Of a DNA stretch of 64,000 nt, positions 1 to 8,910 are shown piece by piece. Source of the stretch: Spirochaetes bacterium ADurb.Bin218 (GTDB lineage Bacteria > Spirochaetota > UBA4802 > UBA5550); assembly GCA_002069965.1 (NCBI GenBank), contig MWCI01000006.1, positions 888 to 64,887 of the forward strand, in the 5' to 3' direction. The position numbers and the translations under genes were made by a program. The notes beneath the pieces were generated by a model. It was not told the origin of the DNA and ran no database searches. It was given only the letters and a program-made list of their open reading frames with translations. The first letter of the stretch is position 1, and each line of letters begins with the position of its first letter.

Positions 1-2
1 GC

Positions 3-860
3 CAGGAGGCCTTTGAGGGTTTAAAGGCCTTTGAAACAAAAGATGGAAGAGTTGTTGTTTTTCGTCCTTCAGAAAACTGGAAAAGGTTGCAAAAGACATC
101 AGAGAGGATCTTTCTTCCTCCAATGCCAGAAGAGATGTTCCTTGAGGCAATAAGAAAGGTGGTATCTGCAAACAGGCGCTTTGTTCCTCCCTATGGCACA
201 GGAGCAAGTCTATACATAAGGCCATTTCTTATTGGTGTAGGGGCGAAGGTTGGTCTTGGCCCTGCATCTGAATATATATTTGTTATATTTGTAACTCCCG
301 TTGGTCCATATTACAAAGGAGGACTCACTCCTGTTAAGGCAATGGTAATAACTGGTTTTGATAGAGCTGCACCTGATGGAGTTGGCGACTGTAAGGTTGG
401 TGGAAATTATGCAGCAGGTCTGCCTGGTGCTGATTACGCAAAGCATCATGGATATCCTGTGCCCCTTTATCTTGATCCAAAAGAGAAGAGATATGTCGAT
501 GAGTTTGGAACTTCAAACTTTATTGGAATCAAGGGGAAGAGCTATATAACTCCAAGCTCAAAGAGTATATTACCAAGTATAACCAATATGAGTCTTGCTC
601 AAATTGCAGAAGATATGGGCTATAAAGTAGAGAGAAGGCCTGTGGATATTGAAGAGGTTCCATCCTTTGATGAAATTGGGGCTGTAGGCACAGCAGCTGT
701 TGTTACTCCAATATGTGAAATCAACTACAATGGTAAAATTATGAAATTTGGCAAAGAAGACTCAGCAGGCCCTGTTATTAGTGAATTATACAAAAGGCTC
801 ACTGGAATTCAATACGGTGAAATTGAAGATAAATATAACTGGCTATTTGAGGTTAAGTAG
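3..860 (+). CDS. ilvE: branched-chain amino acid aminotransferase (5' end outside window)
   Basis: The frame is open from the window start (QEAFEGLKAFETKDGRVVVFRPSENWKRL...). BCAT class-IV aminotransferase motifs are present. The ORF-track start at 87 is only the first in-frame TTG. Confidence 0.85.
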   Translation, partial: QEAFEGLKAFETKDGRVVVFRPSENWKRLQKTSERIFLPPMPEEMFLEAIRKVVSANRRFVPPYGTGASLYIRPFLIGVGAKVGLGPASEYIFVIFVTPVGPYYKGGLTPVKAMVITGFDRAAPDGVGDCKVGGNYAAGLPGADYAKHHGYPVPLYLDPKEKRYVDEFGTSNFIGIKGKSYITPSSKSILPSITNMSLAQIAEDMGYKVERRPVDIEEVPSFDEIGAVGTAAVVTPICEINYNGKIMKFGKEDSAGPVISELYKRLTGIQYGEIEDKYNWLFEVK

Positions 861-952
861 GCTTAAGGGTTTTATTATTAAAGCTGCCATAAGAGTGTCT
901 TTGTTAAAAATTAACTTAAAAACCTTTTTATGGCAGCCTCTTCATCATGGTA

Positions 953-1150
953 TCAGTGTGAATTTGTAATCATTTTTGCCTGCAAAGCAAGATATTCTAC
1001 AAGGGTCTGCTCAGATATTGCTCCCTGCTGAACAAGGATTATCCCGATGAGACCTCCCTCTTCTTTTTGAGTTTTTAGTGCCTTATCCAGTTGTTCTCGT
1101 GTAATAACTCCATTTTCAAGTAAGATCTCACCAAGTAGTGGTTTTGCCAT
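953..1150 (-). CDS. small protein made of two MshEN/T2SSE_N-type motifs (putative c-di-GMP receptor)
   Basis: The 65 aa carry two consecutive 24-aa segments, LLGEILLENGVITREQLDKALKTQ and LIGIILVQQGAISEQTLVEYLALQ. Both match the RLGxxLLxxGLIxxxxLxxALxxQ MshEN consensus. Confidence 0.5.
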   Translation of the reverse strand: MAKPLLGEILLENGVITREQLDKALKTQKEEGGLIGIILVQQGAISEQTLVEYLALQAKMITNSH

Positions 1151-1196
1151 ATTTTCCTCCTTAAAAGTTACCTCTCAATTTAGGTAAATAATAATT

Positions 1197-2687
1197 TTAC
1201 AATAATCTCTCAATGGCGCTTTTCCATAGATCGATTTGCTTATCTCTTTCCTGCTTATTCATAACAGGCTCAAATCTAACGCATACTTTATTTTCTGAGG
1301 CAATCTCATCAATACTTTTGAAAACACCTGTTGCAACTCCTGCAAGGTATGCAGCACCAAGGGCTGTTGATTCTCTATTTTCTGGAATCAAAACAGGCAC
1401 ACCAAGAATGTCTGACTGAAACTGCATCAAGAATCTGTTACTGGTTGCTCCTCCATCAACACGAAGCTCATGAATCTTCTTCCCGGTGTCCTGTTCCATT
1501 GCATGGATAACATCCATGGATTGAAATGCAATAGACTTTAAGGCTGCTCTTACGATTTGTTCCCTCGTTGTGTCCCTTGTAAGTCCAAATATTGCACCTC
1601 TTGCATCCATCTTCCAGTAGGGTGCACCAAGACCAACAAAGGCTGGCACAAAAACAACCTCATCCTCTTTGTTGAACTGAGAGTTTGCCATACCTTCGGA
1701 TTCAGTTGCATTATCAAAAAATTTCATATAATCCCTGAGCCATTGCATTACAGCCCCACCAATAAAAACAGAACCTTCAAGGGCATAGATTGGATTTCCA
1801 TAGTTATCAGGGGTAAGTGTTGTAAGCAGACCATTGGAGGATATAATAAAATCCTCTCCATTGTTTAAGAGCATAAAACATCCTGTGCCGTAGGTGTTTT
1901 TTGTTCCTCCTGGAAAAACGCAATTCTGCCCAACCATAGCAGCCTGTTGATCCCCAGCCATTCCTCCAATAGGAATCCCATCTGGAAGTCCAGGGAAGCC
2001 CAATGTTGTGCCATAGTTATATGCAGAGGGGTAGACCTCTGGTAAAATATTCATTGGAATGCCAAGAATATCACATAATTCATCAGACCATTTTTTTTGC
2101 TTGATATCAAATATAAGAGTTCTTGAGGCATTTGTAAAATCAGTGGCATGGACTTTGCCTCCTGTGAGATTCCAGAGGATCCAGGTGTCAATAGTTCCGA
2201 ATTTGAGCCTGTCGTTTTTTGCAAGAGTTCTTGCCTCAAGGACATTATCAAAAAGCCACTTAATCTTTGTTCCTGAAAAATAAGCATCAATTACAAGGCC
2301 TGTCTTTTCTCTGAATTTGCTTTCATATCCAAGGCTTTTAAGTTGATTGCATATATCAGAAGTTCTTCTGCATTGCCATACAATAGCCTTATGTATTGGC
2401 TTGCCTGTAGAGGAATCCCATAACAAGGTGGTTTCCCTTTGATTTGTTATGCCAATTGCTATTGCAGACTCTGGATTTAAATTGCCTTTTTTTATGGCCT
2501 CTGGTATAAGAATCTTTATTGAATCCCATATCTCAAGAGCATCATGCTCTACCCATCCAGATTTAGGAAAGTATTGAGGGAACTCTCTGTAAACGTTAGA
2601 AAGGACTTTTCCTCTTTCATCAAAACAGAAAACGCTATTGCCAGTTGTACCAAGGTCTATAGATATTATATATTTTTTATCCTCCAT
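1197..2687 (-). CDS. glpK: glycerol kinase
   Basis: 496-aa FGGY-family kinase with N-terminal IISIDLGTTGNS and full-length similarity to GlpK. Confidence 0.9.
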   Translation of the reverse strand: MEDKKYIISIDLGTTGNSVFCFDERGKVLSNVYREFPQYFPKSGWVEHDALEIWDSIKILIPEAIKKGNLNPESAIAIGITNQRETTLLWDSSTGKPIHKAIVWQCRRTSDICNQLKSLGYESKFREKTGLVIDAYFSGTKIKWLFDNVLEARTLAKNDRLKFGTIDTWILWNLTGGKVHATDFTNASRTLIFDIKQKKWSDELCDILGIPMNILPEVYPSAYNYGTTLGFPGLPDGIPIGGMAGDQQAAMVGQNCVFPGGTKNTYGTGCFMLLNNGEDFIISSNGLLTTLTPDNYGNPIYALEGSVFIGGAVMQWLRDYMKFFDNATESEGMANSQFNKEDEVVFVPAFVGLGAPYWKMDARGAIFGLTRDTTREQIVRAALKSIAFQSMDVIHAMEQDTGKKIHELRVDGGATSNRFLMQFQSDILGVPVLIPENRESTALGAAYLAGVATGVFKSIDEIASENKVCVRFEPVMNKQERDKQIDLWKSAIERLL

Positions 2688-2891
2688 GAATAACTCCTTT
2701 TAAATCCGTAAATTATAACCAGTAACAGACTTACTCTTTTCTATTATTATAAAGTTTTAAATTTTTATGTCAAATAATTAAACTATCTAAAAAATATTTT
2801 TTGCTGCATTTTAAGTTTTTTAAAAAAGCTCTTGCCATAAATATATAAAATCTTAACTTATAATCACTTGATCTTTTATAAAAGGTAAAAT

Positions 2892-3932
2892 ATGCTTTCC
2901 AATATATTCAAAGGCAAAGAACCAATTTTTGTTGCAGAGATAGGTCTTAATCACAATGGCAACATTGATGAGGCAATCGCTATGATTAAGGCAGCAGCAG
3001 AATGTGGAGCAGATGCTGTAAAGTTTCAGACCTTTATTCCTGAGCTTATGGTATCACCCTTTGCTTCTTCAATGTTGAATGAAGAAGCTTTTATGAAAAA
3101 AGACTATGACACAATAAATTTTTTTAAAAAATTTACTTTTTCAAAAGAAGAGTGGCTCAGAATACAAGAGGCAGCTAAAAAATATAACGTTGAGTTCTTC
3201 TCTGCAGCATTTGATATCCCCTCTGTGGAACTCCTTGAAGAGTTAAATGTCAGGCTTTATAAAATTGCTTCCTCTGAGGTTACAAATATACCTCTCCTTG
3301 AAAAAATAGGCCACACAAAAAAGCCAGTGATTATGTCCACTGGAATGGCCTGTGAGGAGGAGATATTATCTGCAATTGAAACTCTCTCAAAAAACGGCAC
3401 AGGGGATATAGTTTTGCTTCATTGTGTTTCACTTTATCCACTTGAAGACTCTGAGGCAAACTTAAGAAGAGTCTTATCTTTAAAAGAAAAGTTTAAACTT
3501 CCAGTAGGATTATCAGATCACAGCAGAGATCACTATGCTGCAATGATAGCCTCTGCCTTTGGTGCAGTTGTTATAGAAAAGCATTTTAAACTACATAGTA
3601 AACATCTTTGCCCTGATAGTGAGGTTTCCCTTGAACCAGAAAGCTTTTCAGAGATGATAGCCCTTGCAAGGAGAGGATTTGCTCTTGCTGGCAGCGGAGA
3701 GATTAAGACTCAAGGCCGGGAGTGTAATACTGCCAGAGGTGCCAGGCGAAGCCTTTTTGCTGCAAAAAAAATTCCTGCAGGAAAAGATCTTTCAATGGAT
3801 GATGTCATTGCTCTCCGGCCTGGGACAGGGATACCTGTGCAGGAAATATATAAATACAGGGGTAAAAAAGTTTTGACAGATATTGATGAGGGTTTACCTC
3901 TCAAGGGTGAATATTTTGAACAGGAGCAATAA
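2892..3932 (+). CDS. NeuB-family sialic-acid-type synthase (N-acetylneuraminate / pseudaminate / legionaminate synthase)
   Basis: N-terminal IAEIGLNHNGNIDEAIAMIKAAAECGADAVKFQTF (NeuB TIM barrel) plus a C-terminal SAF/antifreeze-like domain. Confidence 0.8.
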   Translation: MLSNIFKGKEPIFVAEIGLNHNGNIDEAIAMIKAAAECGADAVKFQTFIPELMVSPFASSMLNEEAFMKKDYDTINFFKKFTFSKEEWLRIQEAAKKYNVEFFSAAFDIPSVELLEELNVRLYKIASSEVTNIPLLEKIGHTKKPVIMSTGMACEEEILSAIETLSKNGTGDIVLLHCVSLYPLEDSEANLRRVLSLKEKFKLPVGLSDHSRDHYAAMIASAFGAVVIEKHFKLHSKHLCPDSEVSLEPESFSEMIALARRGFALAGSGEIKTQGRECNTARGARRSLFAAKKIPAGKDLSMDDVIALRPGTGIPVQEIYKYRGKKVLTDIDEGLPLKGEYFEQEQ

Positions 3933-4454
3933 ATGATGCGCAAAAGAAAAGTGATTGCACTGCTTGTGCTTTGCCTGGCTTTGACTCAGTGCACAACATG
4001 GTATAGACTTACAAGAAAAGACAGCAAACTCTGGAATCAAAGTGATATTGCTATTCTTACCTCAGTTGCAGAGGCAATAGAATTTAGAGCTGGTTTTGAT
4101 CCGTATTTAGATTTAGATTATATCTACATGGCGGGTAACTTTACAAAAGAAGAGATAGCAGTAAAAGAAAAAAAGTTGAAAGAGGTTATAACTTCATTTA
4201 AAAGTGAAGATGTAATTGCCTTTTACGAAAAAGTTTTTTCCATTGTTGAAATTTTGAAATGGTATGCCGAAGATTATAAAAATGATGAAGAATGGAATGA
4301 GGCAACTTACATAGAAAAATATCTGTTACCAGATACAGAGAAATTTTCTGAAATGCTTGAAAAAAATATCATCATAATAAATCCTGATTATTCAAAAATT
4401 ATTGAGGAGAGAAAAAGAGTCATCAAAGACAGAGTCAAAAAAGATCTGGATTGA
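3933..4454 (+). CDS. hypothetical lipoprotein
   Basis: Signal peptide with lipobox LALTQC. The start codon overlaps the upstream stop (taaATGATG). Confidence 0.5.
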   Translation: MMRKRKVIALLVLCLALTQCTTWYRLTRKDSKLWNQSDIAILTSVAEAIEFRAGFDPYLDLDYIYMAGNFTKEEIAVKEKKLKEVITSFKSEDVIAFYEKVFSIVEILKWYAEDYKNDEEWNEATYIEKYLLPDTEKFSEMLEKNIIIINPDYSKIIEERKRVIKDRVKKDLD

Positions 4455-4471
4455 TGCTTTGTTAGTTATCT

Positions 4472-5668
4472 ATGAACAGAGTCATAATAAAATTAAGCAT
4501 TATCTTTACAATAGTTCTCACTTCTTTAACCCCACTTTTTTCACAAACAAAGGGGATGTATGTTTTATGCTATCACACCTTTGGGGATAAAAAAGATCCA
4601 TACACTCTGGCTTACTCTACACTTAAGGTTAATTTAGAAAGCCTTAAAAGGGCTGGATATAAATTTGTTAGCTTCGAAGATGTTGTATCAGGAAATATAG
4701 AGGGAACAAAAAACATATTGGTGACCATTGATGATGGAAATAAGAGCGTATATGAAGCTTATTTTTCGATTATGAAGCCTCTTGGCATAAAGCCAGTTCT
4801 TGGAATATATCCTGCGATAATAGGAAGAGTCCATTATGCATTAACATGGGAAGAGCTAAGAAGGCTATCGGCAGAGGGTTGCTATATTGCATCCCATGGG
4901 TATCATCACATGTTTTTGTCTGAAAAGTATTCAAAGGAAGAACCTGAAAGCTTTAAAAAAGAAATATATTATTCTAAAAAAGTTCTGGAAGAAAAACTTG
5001 GCCGCAAGATAGAGGCAATGGTCTATCCCTTTGGAGTTTATAGCAACATTGCAGTTGCGGAGATGAAAAATGCAGGATACAAATATGGACTTTGCCTTAC
5101 ACAGAAAATGGCTTATCTTCCCTTTGAAGATAGCTTTGCAATACCTCGATATATGATCACAAAGCCAAATCAGAAGGGGCTGATGGCTTTTTTTGCAAAG
5201 AAGGCTCAGGAGAGTCATAATGTATCTACTTTAGAAGATTCAAAAAAAGAAAATAGCCCTAAAGCAGCAAAAAAAAATGTTGATATTGTCTCTCTTCAAA
5301 ACTATCCCCAAAGAATAAGCAAGATGGTGGCAAATGATATTATATTTATGCCAGATAATAAACAATCAGAAAAGCCTAAGAACAAGAAACATATAACAAA
5401 GTCCAGAAGCAACTTTAAGCCCTATATTCATAGTGCAGCAGACTTAAAGAGAATTAAAAAAGAAAGCAAAAAGGATGTTACTCCTTCAAAAAAAATCTCT
5501 GACCAAGAATTAAACAGAAAAACTACAAGACATACATTTTTTAGAGAGCTTAAAGAAAAACTATTTGATATTGAGAAAGAACTTACAGCTTATATCCATT
5601 CTTTTATTGATCTTGCAGCGACAAAAACCGCTTTTGTAAGAGACAGAATTGTCTCTTTCTTTTCTTGA
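4472..5668 (+). CDS. polysaccharide deacetylase (NodB-homology) family protein with Lys-rich C-terminal tail
   Basis: Signal peptide and NodB-domain motifs (TIDDGNKSVYEAYFSIMKPLGIKPVLGIYP, ASHGYHHMFL). The C-terminal 150 aa are highly basic. Confidence 0.65.
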   Translation: MNRVIIKLSIIFTIVLTSLTPLFSQTKGMYVLCYHTFGDKKDPYTLAYSTLKVNLESLKRAGYKFVSFEDVVSGNIEGTKNILVTIDDGNKSVYEAYFSIMKPLGIKPVLGIYPAIIGRVHYALTWEELRRLSAEGCYIASHGYHHMFLSEKYSKEEPESFKKEIYYSKKVLEEKLGRKIEAMVYPFGVYSNIAVAEMKNAGYKYGLCLTQKMAYLPFEDSFAIPRYMITKPNQKGLMAFFAKKAQESHNVSTLEDSKKENSPKAAKKNVDIVSLQNYPQRISKMVANDIIFMPDNKQSEKPKNKKHITKSRSNFKPYIHSAADLKRIKKESKKDVTPSKKISDQELNRKTTRHTFFRELKEKLFDIEKELTAYIHSFIDLAATKTAFVRDRIVSFFS

Positions 5669-5716
5669 TGTCTTTTAATTTTGCAGTAAAAGATAGTGCT
5701 AATTTCAAATAAAATT

Positions 5717-5828
5717 CAGTAATAATTCCTGAACTTCTTTTAAAATAAAAATACTCTATTATCTCCGCCGACTTTGACGGGAATGATATTTTCTTGATTT
5801 TACACTAAATATTTAGGAATAATTACTG
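5717..5828 (+). repeat. MITE-like dispersed element, copy A
   Basis: Left end CAGTAATAATTCCTGAAC and right end TTAGGAATAATTACTG form terminal inverted repeats. The shared core is ...CTTCTTTTAAAATAAAAATACTCT...TTTACACTAAA(A/T)ATTTAGGAATAATTACTG. Confidence 0.6.
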
Positions 5829-5901
5829 AATAAAATTTATACTTTTCCTTGACAAGGTCTCTTTTTCGGTTTAATTCTGGAAAAAACATCAGGGGGATAT
5901 T

Positions 5902-7560
5902 ATGAGACTTGGAATTGATGTCGGGGGGACTCATACTGATGCTGTAATTGTTGATCAGGCAAAGGGAGTAATAGCAAAATATAAAGTGAAAACTCTTAAA
6001 GAGGATCTCCTTGGAACAATAATACATTCCCTTAAAGAGATAACCGCAAATCAGGATATATCAAAAATTACAAATGTAAATTTAAGCACAACACTGTCTA
6101 CAAATGCAATTGTAGAAAACAGGCTGGAAGAAACAGCACTATTTCTGTCATCAGGACCTGGTATTGATCCAGAAAATTTTGCAATAGGTAATAATACATA
6201 TATCATAAATGGTTCAATAGATCACAGGGGAAGTGAGGTTTTAGGCCTTGACAGTATTCAACTCAAAAAATCTTTAAAGGAGTGTGCAGATAAAAACATA
6301 AAGGTCTTTGCTGCTGCAACTAAATTTTCTACAAGAAATAATAAACACGAGCTTACTATCAAGGAGGCTGCAATACCCTTTTGCGATTACATAACCATGG
6401 GGCATGAGATATCTGGTCTTTTGAGTTTTCCGCGGCGAGCAGCAACTGCTTATTATAATTCTGCTGTATGGAGGATTTATAATAATTTTATAAACTCAGT
6501 TATAGACGCCATGGCAAATATTGGGATTAAGGCTCCCCTGAATATTTTGAAGGCAGATGGTGGAACAATGCCTCTTGAAATATCACGAAGAGTTCCTGTT
6601 GAATCAATACTCTCTGGGCCTGCTGCAAGTATCATGGGAATAATTGCTCTGTGCAATATAAAAGAAGACTCAGTGATACTTGACATAGGGGGAACAACTA
6701 CAGATATAGCAATTTTTGCAGCAGGTTCTCCTCTTGTAAATAGGGAAGGTGCAGCACTTGAGGGAACCCCAACCCTTGTGAGATCCCTTGAAAATAGATC
6801 TATTGGCATAGGTGGAGACTCTGCAATAAAAATAGAAAACGGTAAGGTTGTAACAGGTCCAGAAAGATTTGGTCCTTGTATGGCTGATGGTGGCAATATG
6901 CCTTGTCTTATAGATGCTTTGAATTTTAAGAAAATTATACAATATAACAATAGGGATGCCTCAGAAAGAGGAATTATAGAACTTGCAAAGAAAAATAAAT
7001 TTAAAGCTGATCATCTTGCTGATGCTGCAATAAATTTTGCTGCAGAGAGAATAAATGCAGAAATTGAAAAAATGCTTTTTGAGCTAAATAGCAAGCCCGT
7101 TTATACAATACATGATATGATACATGCTGAAAAAATTATTCCCAAAAAGATTTATATAATAGGCGGCCCTGCTAAAGCTCTGGCAGATGTTTTAAGTGGA
7201 GATATTGAGATACTTGTTCCAGAGGACTATGACGTTGCCAATGCAATAGGGGCGGCTCTTGCAAGAACCACTTTTGAAACAGAGCTCTTTTGCGATACAG
7301 GCAAAGGGAAGATGATTATTCCAAATATCAATGTGGAAAAAAATGTTACAAGGCAATATAACCTTGATGAAGCTATATCTGATGCTAAGACCTTCACAAG
7401 GGAATATCTTAGAAAGCATGGAATAGATATAAACCTTGATGAGCTCACAATAACAGAGGCAACAAATTTTAGGATGATAAATGATTTTTATTCAGCGGGC
7501 AATGATATAAGAGTCAAGTGTCAGATGAAGCCCAATGTAGTTATGTATTTACACAAATGA
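5902..7560 (+). CDS. hydantoinase/oxoprolinase-family (HyuA-like) ASKHA ATPase
   Basis: Two actin-like ATPase phosphate motifs, MRLGIDVGGTHTDAV and ILDIGGTTTDIAIF. At 552 aa the size is consistent with Hydantoinase_A. No HyuB partner is adjacent. Confidence 0.6.
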   Translation: MRLGIDVGGTHTDAVIVDQAKGVIAKYKVKTLKEDLLGTIIHSLKEITANQDISKITNVNLSTTLSTNAIVENRLEETALFLSSGPGIDPENFAIGNNTYIINGSIDHRGSEVLGLDSIQLKKSLKECADKNIKVFAAATKFSTRNNKHELTIKEAAIPFCDYITMGHEISGLLSFPRRAATAYYNSAVWRIYNNFINSVIDAMANIGIKAPLNILKADGGTMPLEISRRVPVESILSGPAASIMGIIALCNIKEDSVILDIGGTTTDIAIFAAGSPLVNREGAALEGTPTLVRSLENRSIGIGGDSAIKIENGKVVTGPERFGPCMADGGNMPCLIDALNFKKIIQYNNRDASERGIIELAKKNKFKADHLADAAINFAAERINAEIEKMLFELNSKPVYTIHDMIHAEKIIPKKIYIIGGPAKALADVLSGDIEILVPEDYDVANAIGAALARTTFETELFCDTGKGKMIIPNINVEKNVTRQYNLDEAISDAKTFTREYLRKHGIDINLDELTITEATNFRMINDFYSAGNDIRVKCQMKPNVVMYLHK

Positions 7561-7570
7561 GAGGTGTGTT

Positions 7571-8890
7571 ATGCTCAAAGCAAAAAATAAATTGGGGCTT
7601 ATATTTTTCCCGGCATATGACTGGGCCATATCCCCAACTCATCCAGAGAGAGAAGAGAGATTGCTCTATACTCAAGATCAGTTAAAAGAAGAGGGAATTT
7701 TTGATGTTGAGGGGATAGTTGAATTAAAGCCTGATATTGCAACAGATATAGATGTTATGAGAACTCACTTTTGCTTTCCAGATGTTGAAAGCGTTACAAC
7801 TCAATCCCATCTCATCTCAGCAGGTGGAGCCATAAGGGCAGCTCGCGCTGTTCTTGATGGAGAGGTAAGTAGCGCCTTTGCATTGGTGAGACCTCCAGGG
7901 CATCACTCTATGAAGTGTGTTCATGGTAATAGAGGTTTTTGCAATATAAATAATGAAGCAATTATGATTGAGTATATACGGGAGAATTACAATATACGTA
8001 GAATTGCCATAGTGGATACTGATTGTCATCATGGCGATGGGACACAGGATATTTATTGGCATGATCCTGATGTTCTCTTTATATCACTGCATCAAGATGG
8101 AAGAACTCTCTACCCAGGAACAGGGCATCTCAGAGAAAATGGAGGGCCAGGAGCAAAGGGAAGAACTATAAATATTCCTCTTCCACCTCATACATCAGAA
8201 GAGGGCTTTCTCTATGTAATTGATGAAATGGTGTTGCCCATACTTGAAGATTTTAAACCAGATTTAATTGTTAACTCTGCAGGTCAGGATAATCACTACA
8301 CAGACCCCATAACCAATATGAATTTTACAGCTAAGGGTTATGCAATGCTAAATGATAAGCTAAAGCCTCATATTGCAGTGCTTGAAGGTGGATATTCTAT
8401 TCAGGGAGCTCTGCCTTATGTAAATTTGGGAATTGTCCTTGCTATGGCTGGGATTGATTATTCCCATGTGAAAGAGCCAGATTATGATATAAGATATCAT
8501 CCTCAGGATGAGGAGATTACTGCTTATATAAAGAAACTAAAAAAGGAAGTCCTTAACAATTATTTTTCTCCAATGCCAGATTATATGAGGGCGTCACCTG
8601 GAGAGTTTACAGTTCGGCACAAGAACATATATTATGATACAGATGGTATTCATGAAAATCAAAAAGAGCAGATAAAGACATGTAAGAATTGCAGAGGCCT
8701 TCTTGTAATAGAATCATCATCAAGTGTCAATCCACCATCAGCAGGGATTGAAATTCCAGTTGATGGATGCTCAAAGTGCAAAAAAGAAGGCTATGCTCTT
8801 ATGGAGAAGATGTGGAAGAGTAGAGAGTTTGTTACAATTCAAATGACAGATAGAGTAGATAAGCGATATTTTAGATACAGCCAGTATTAA
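7571..8890 (+). CDS. histone-deacetylase-family amidohydrolase (AcuC / acetylpolyamine aminohydrolase-like) with C-terminal Cys4 zinc ribbon
   Basis: HDAC catalytic motifs (RPPGHHS, DTDCHHGDGTQDIYW, YPGTGH). The C-terminal extension carries CKNCRG...CSKCKK. Confidence 0.75.
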   Translation: MLKAKNKLGLIFFPAYDWAISPTHPEREERLLYTQDQLKEEGIFDVEGIVELKPDIATDIDVMRTHFCFPDVESVTTQSHLISAGGAIRAARAVLDGEVSSAFALVRPPGHHSMKCVHGNRGFCNINNEAIMIEYIRENYNIRRIAIVDTDCHHGDGTQDIYWHDPDVLFISLHQDGRTLYPGTGHLRENGGPGAKGRTINIPLPPHTSEEGFLYVIDEMVLPILEDFKPDLIVNSAGQDNHYTDPITNMNFTAKGYAMLNDKLKPHIAVLEGGYSIQGALPYVNLGIVLAMAGIDYSHVKEPDYDIRYHPQDEEITAYIKKLKKEVLNNYFSPMPDYMRASPGEFTVRHKNIYYDTDGIHENQKEQIKTCKNCRGLLVIESSSSVNPPSAGIEIPVDGCSKCKKEGYALMEKMWKSREFVTIQMTDRVDKRYFRYSQY

Positions 8891-8910
8891 CCTGGCTGTA
8901 TCTAAGGTTT

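Noticed and set aside
866-953. GCTGCCATAA...TTATGGCAGC 10-bp stem after ilvE as a terminator
   Set aside because: The 37-nt loop and missing U-tract make it an unconvincing intrinsic terminator. It is noted only as a possible structure.
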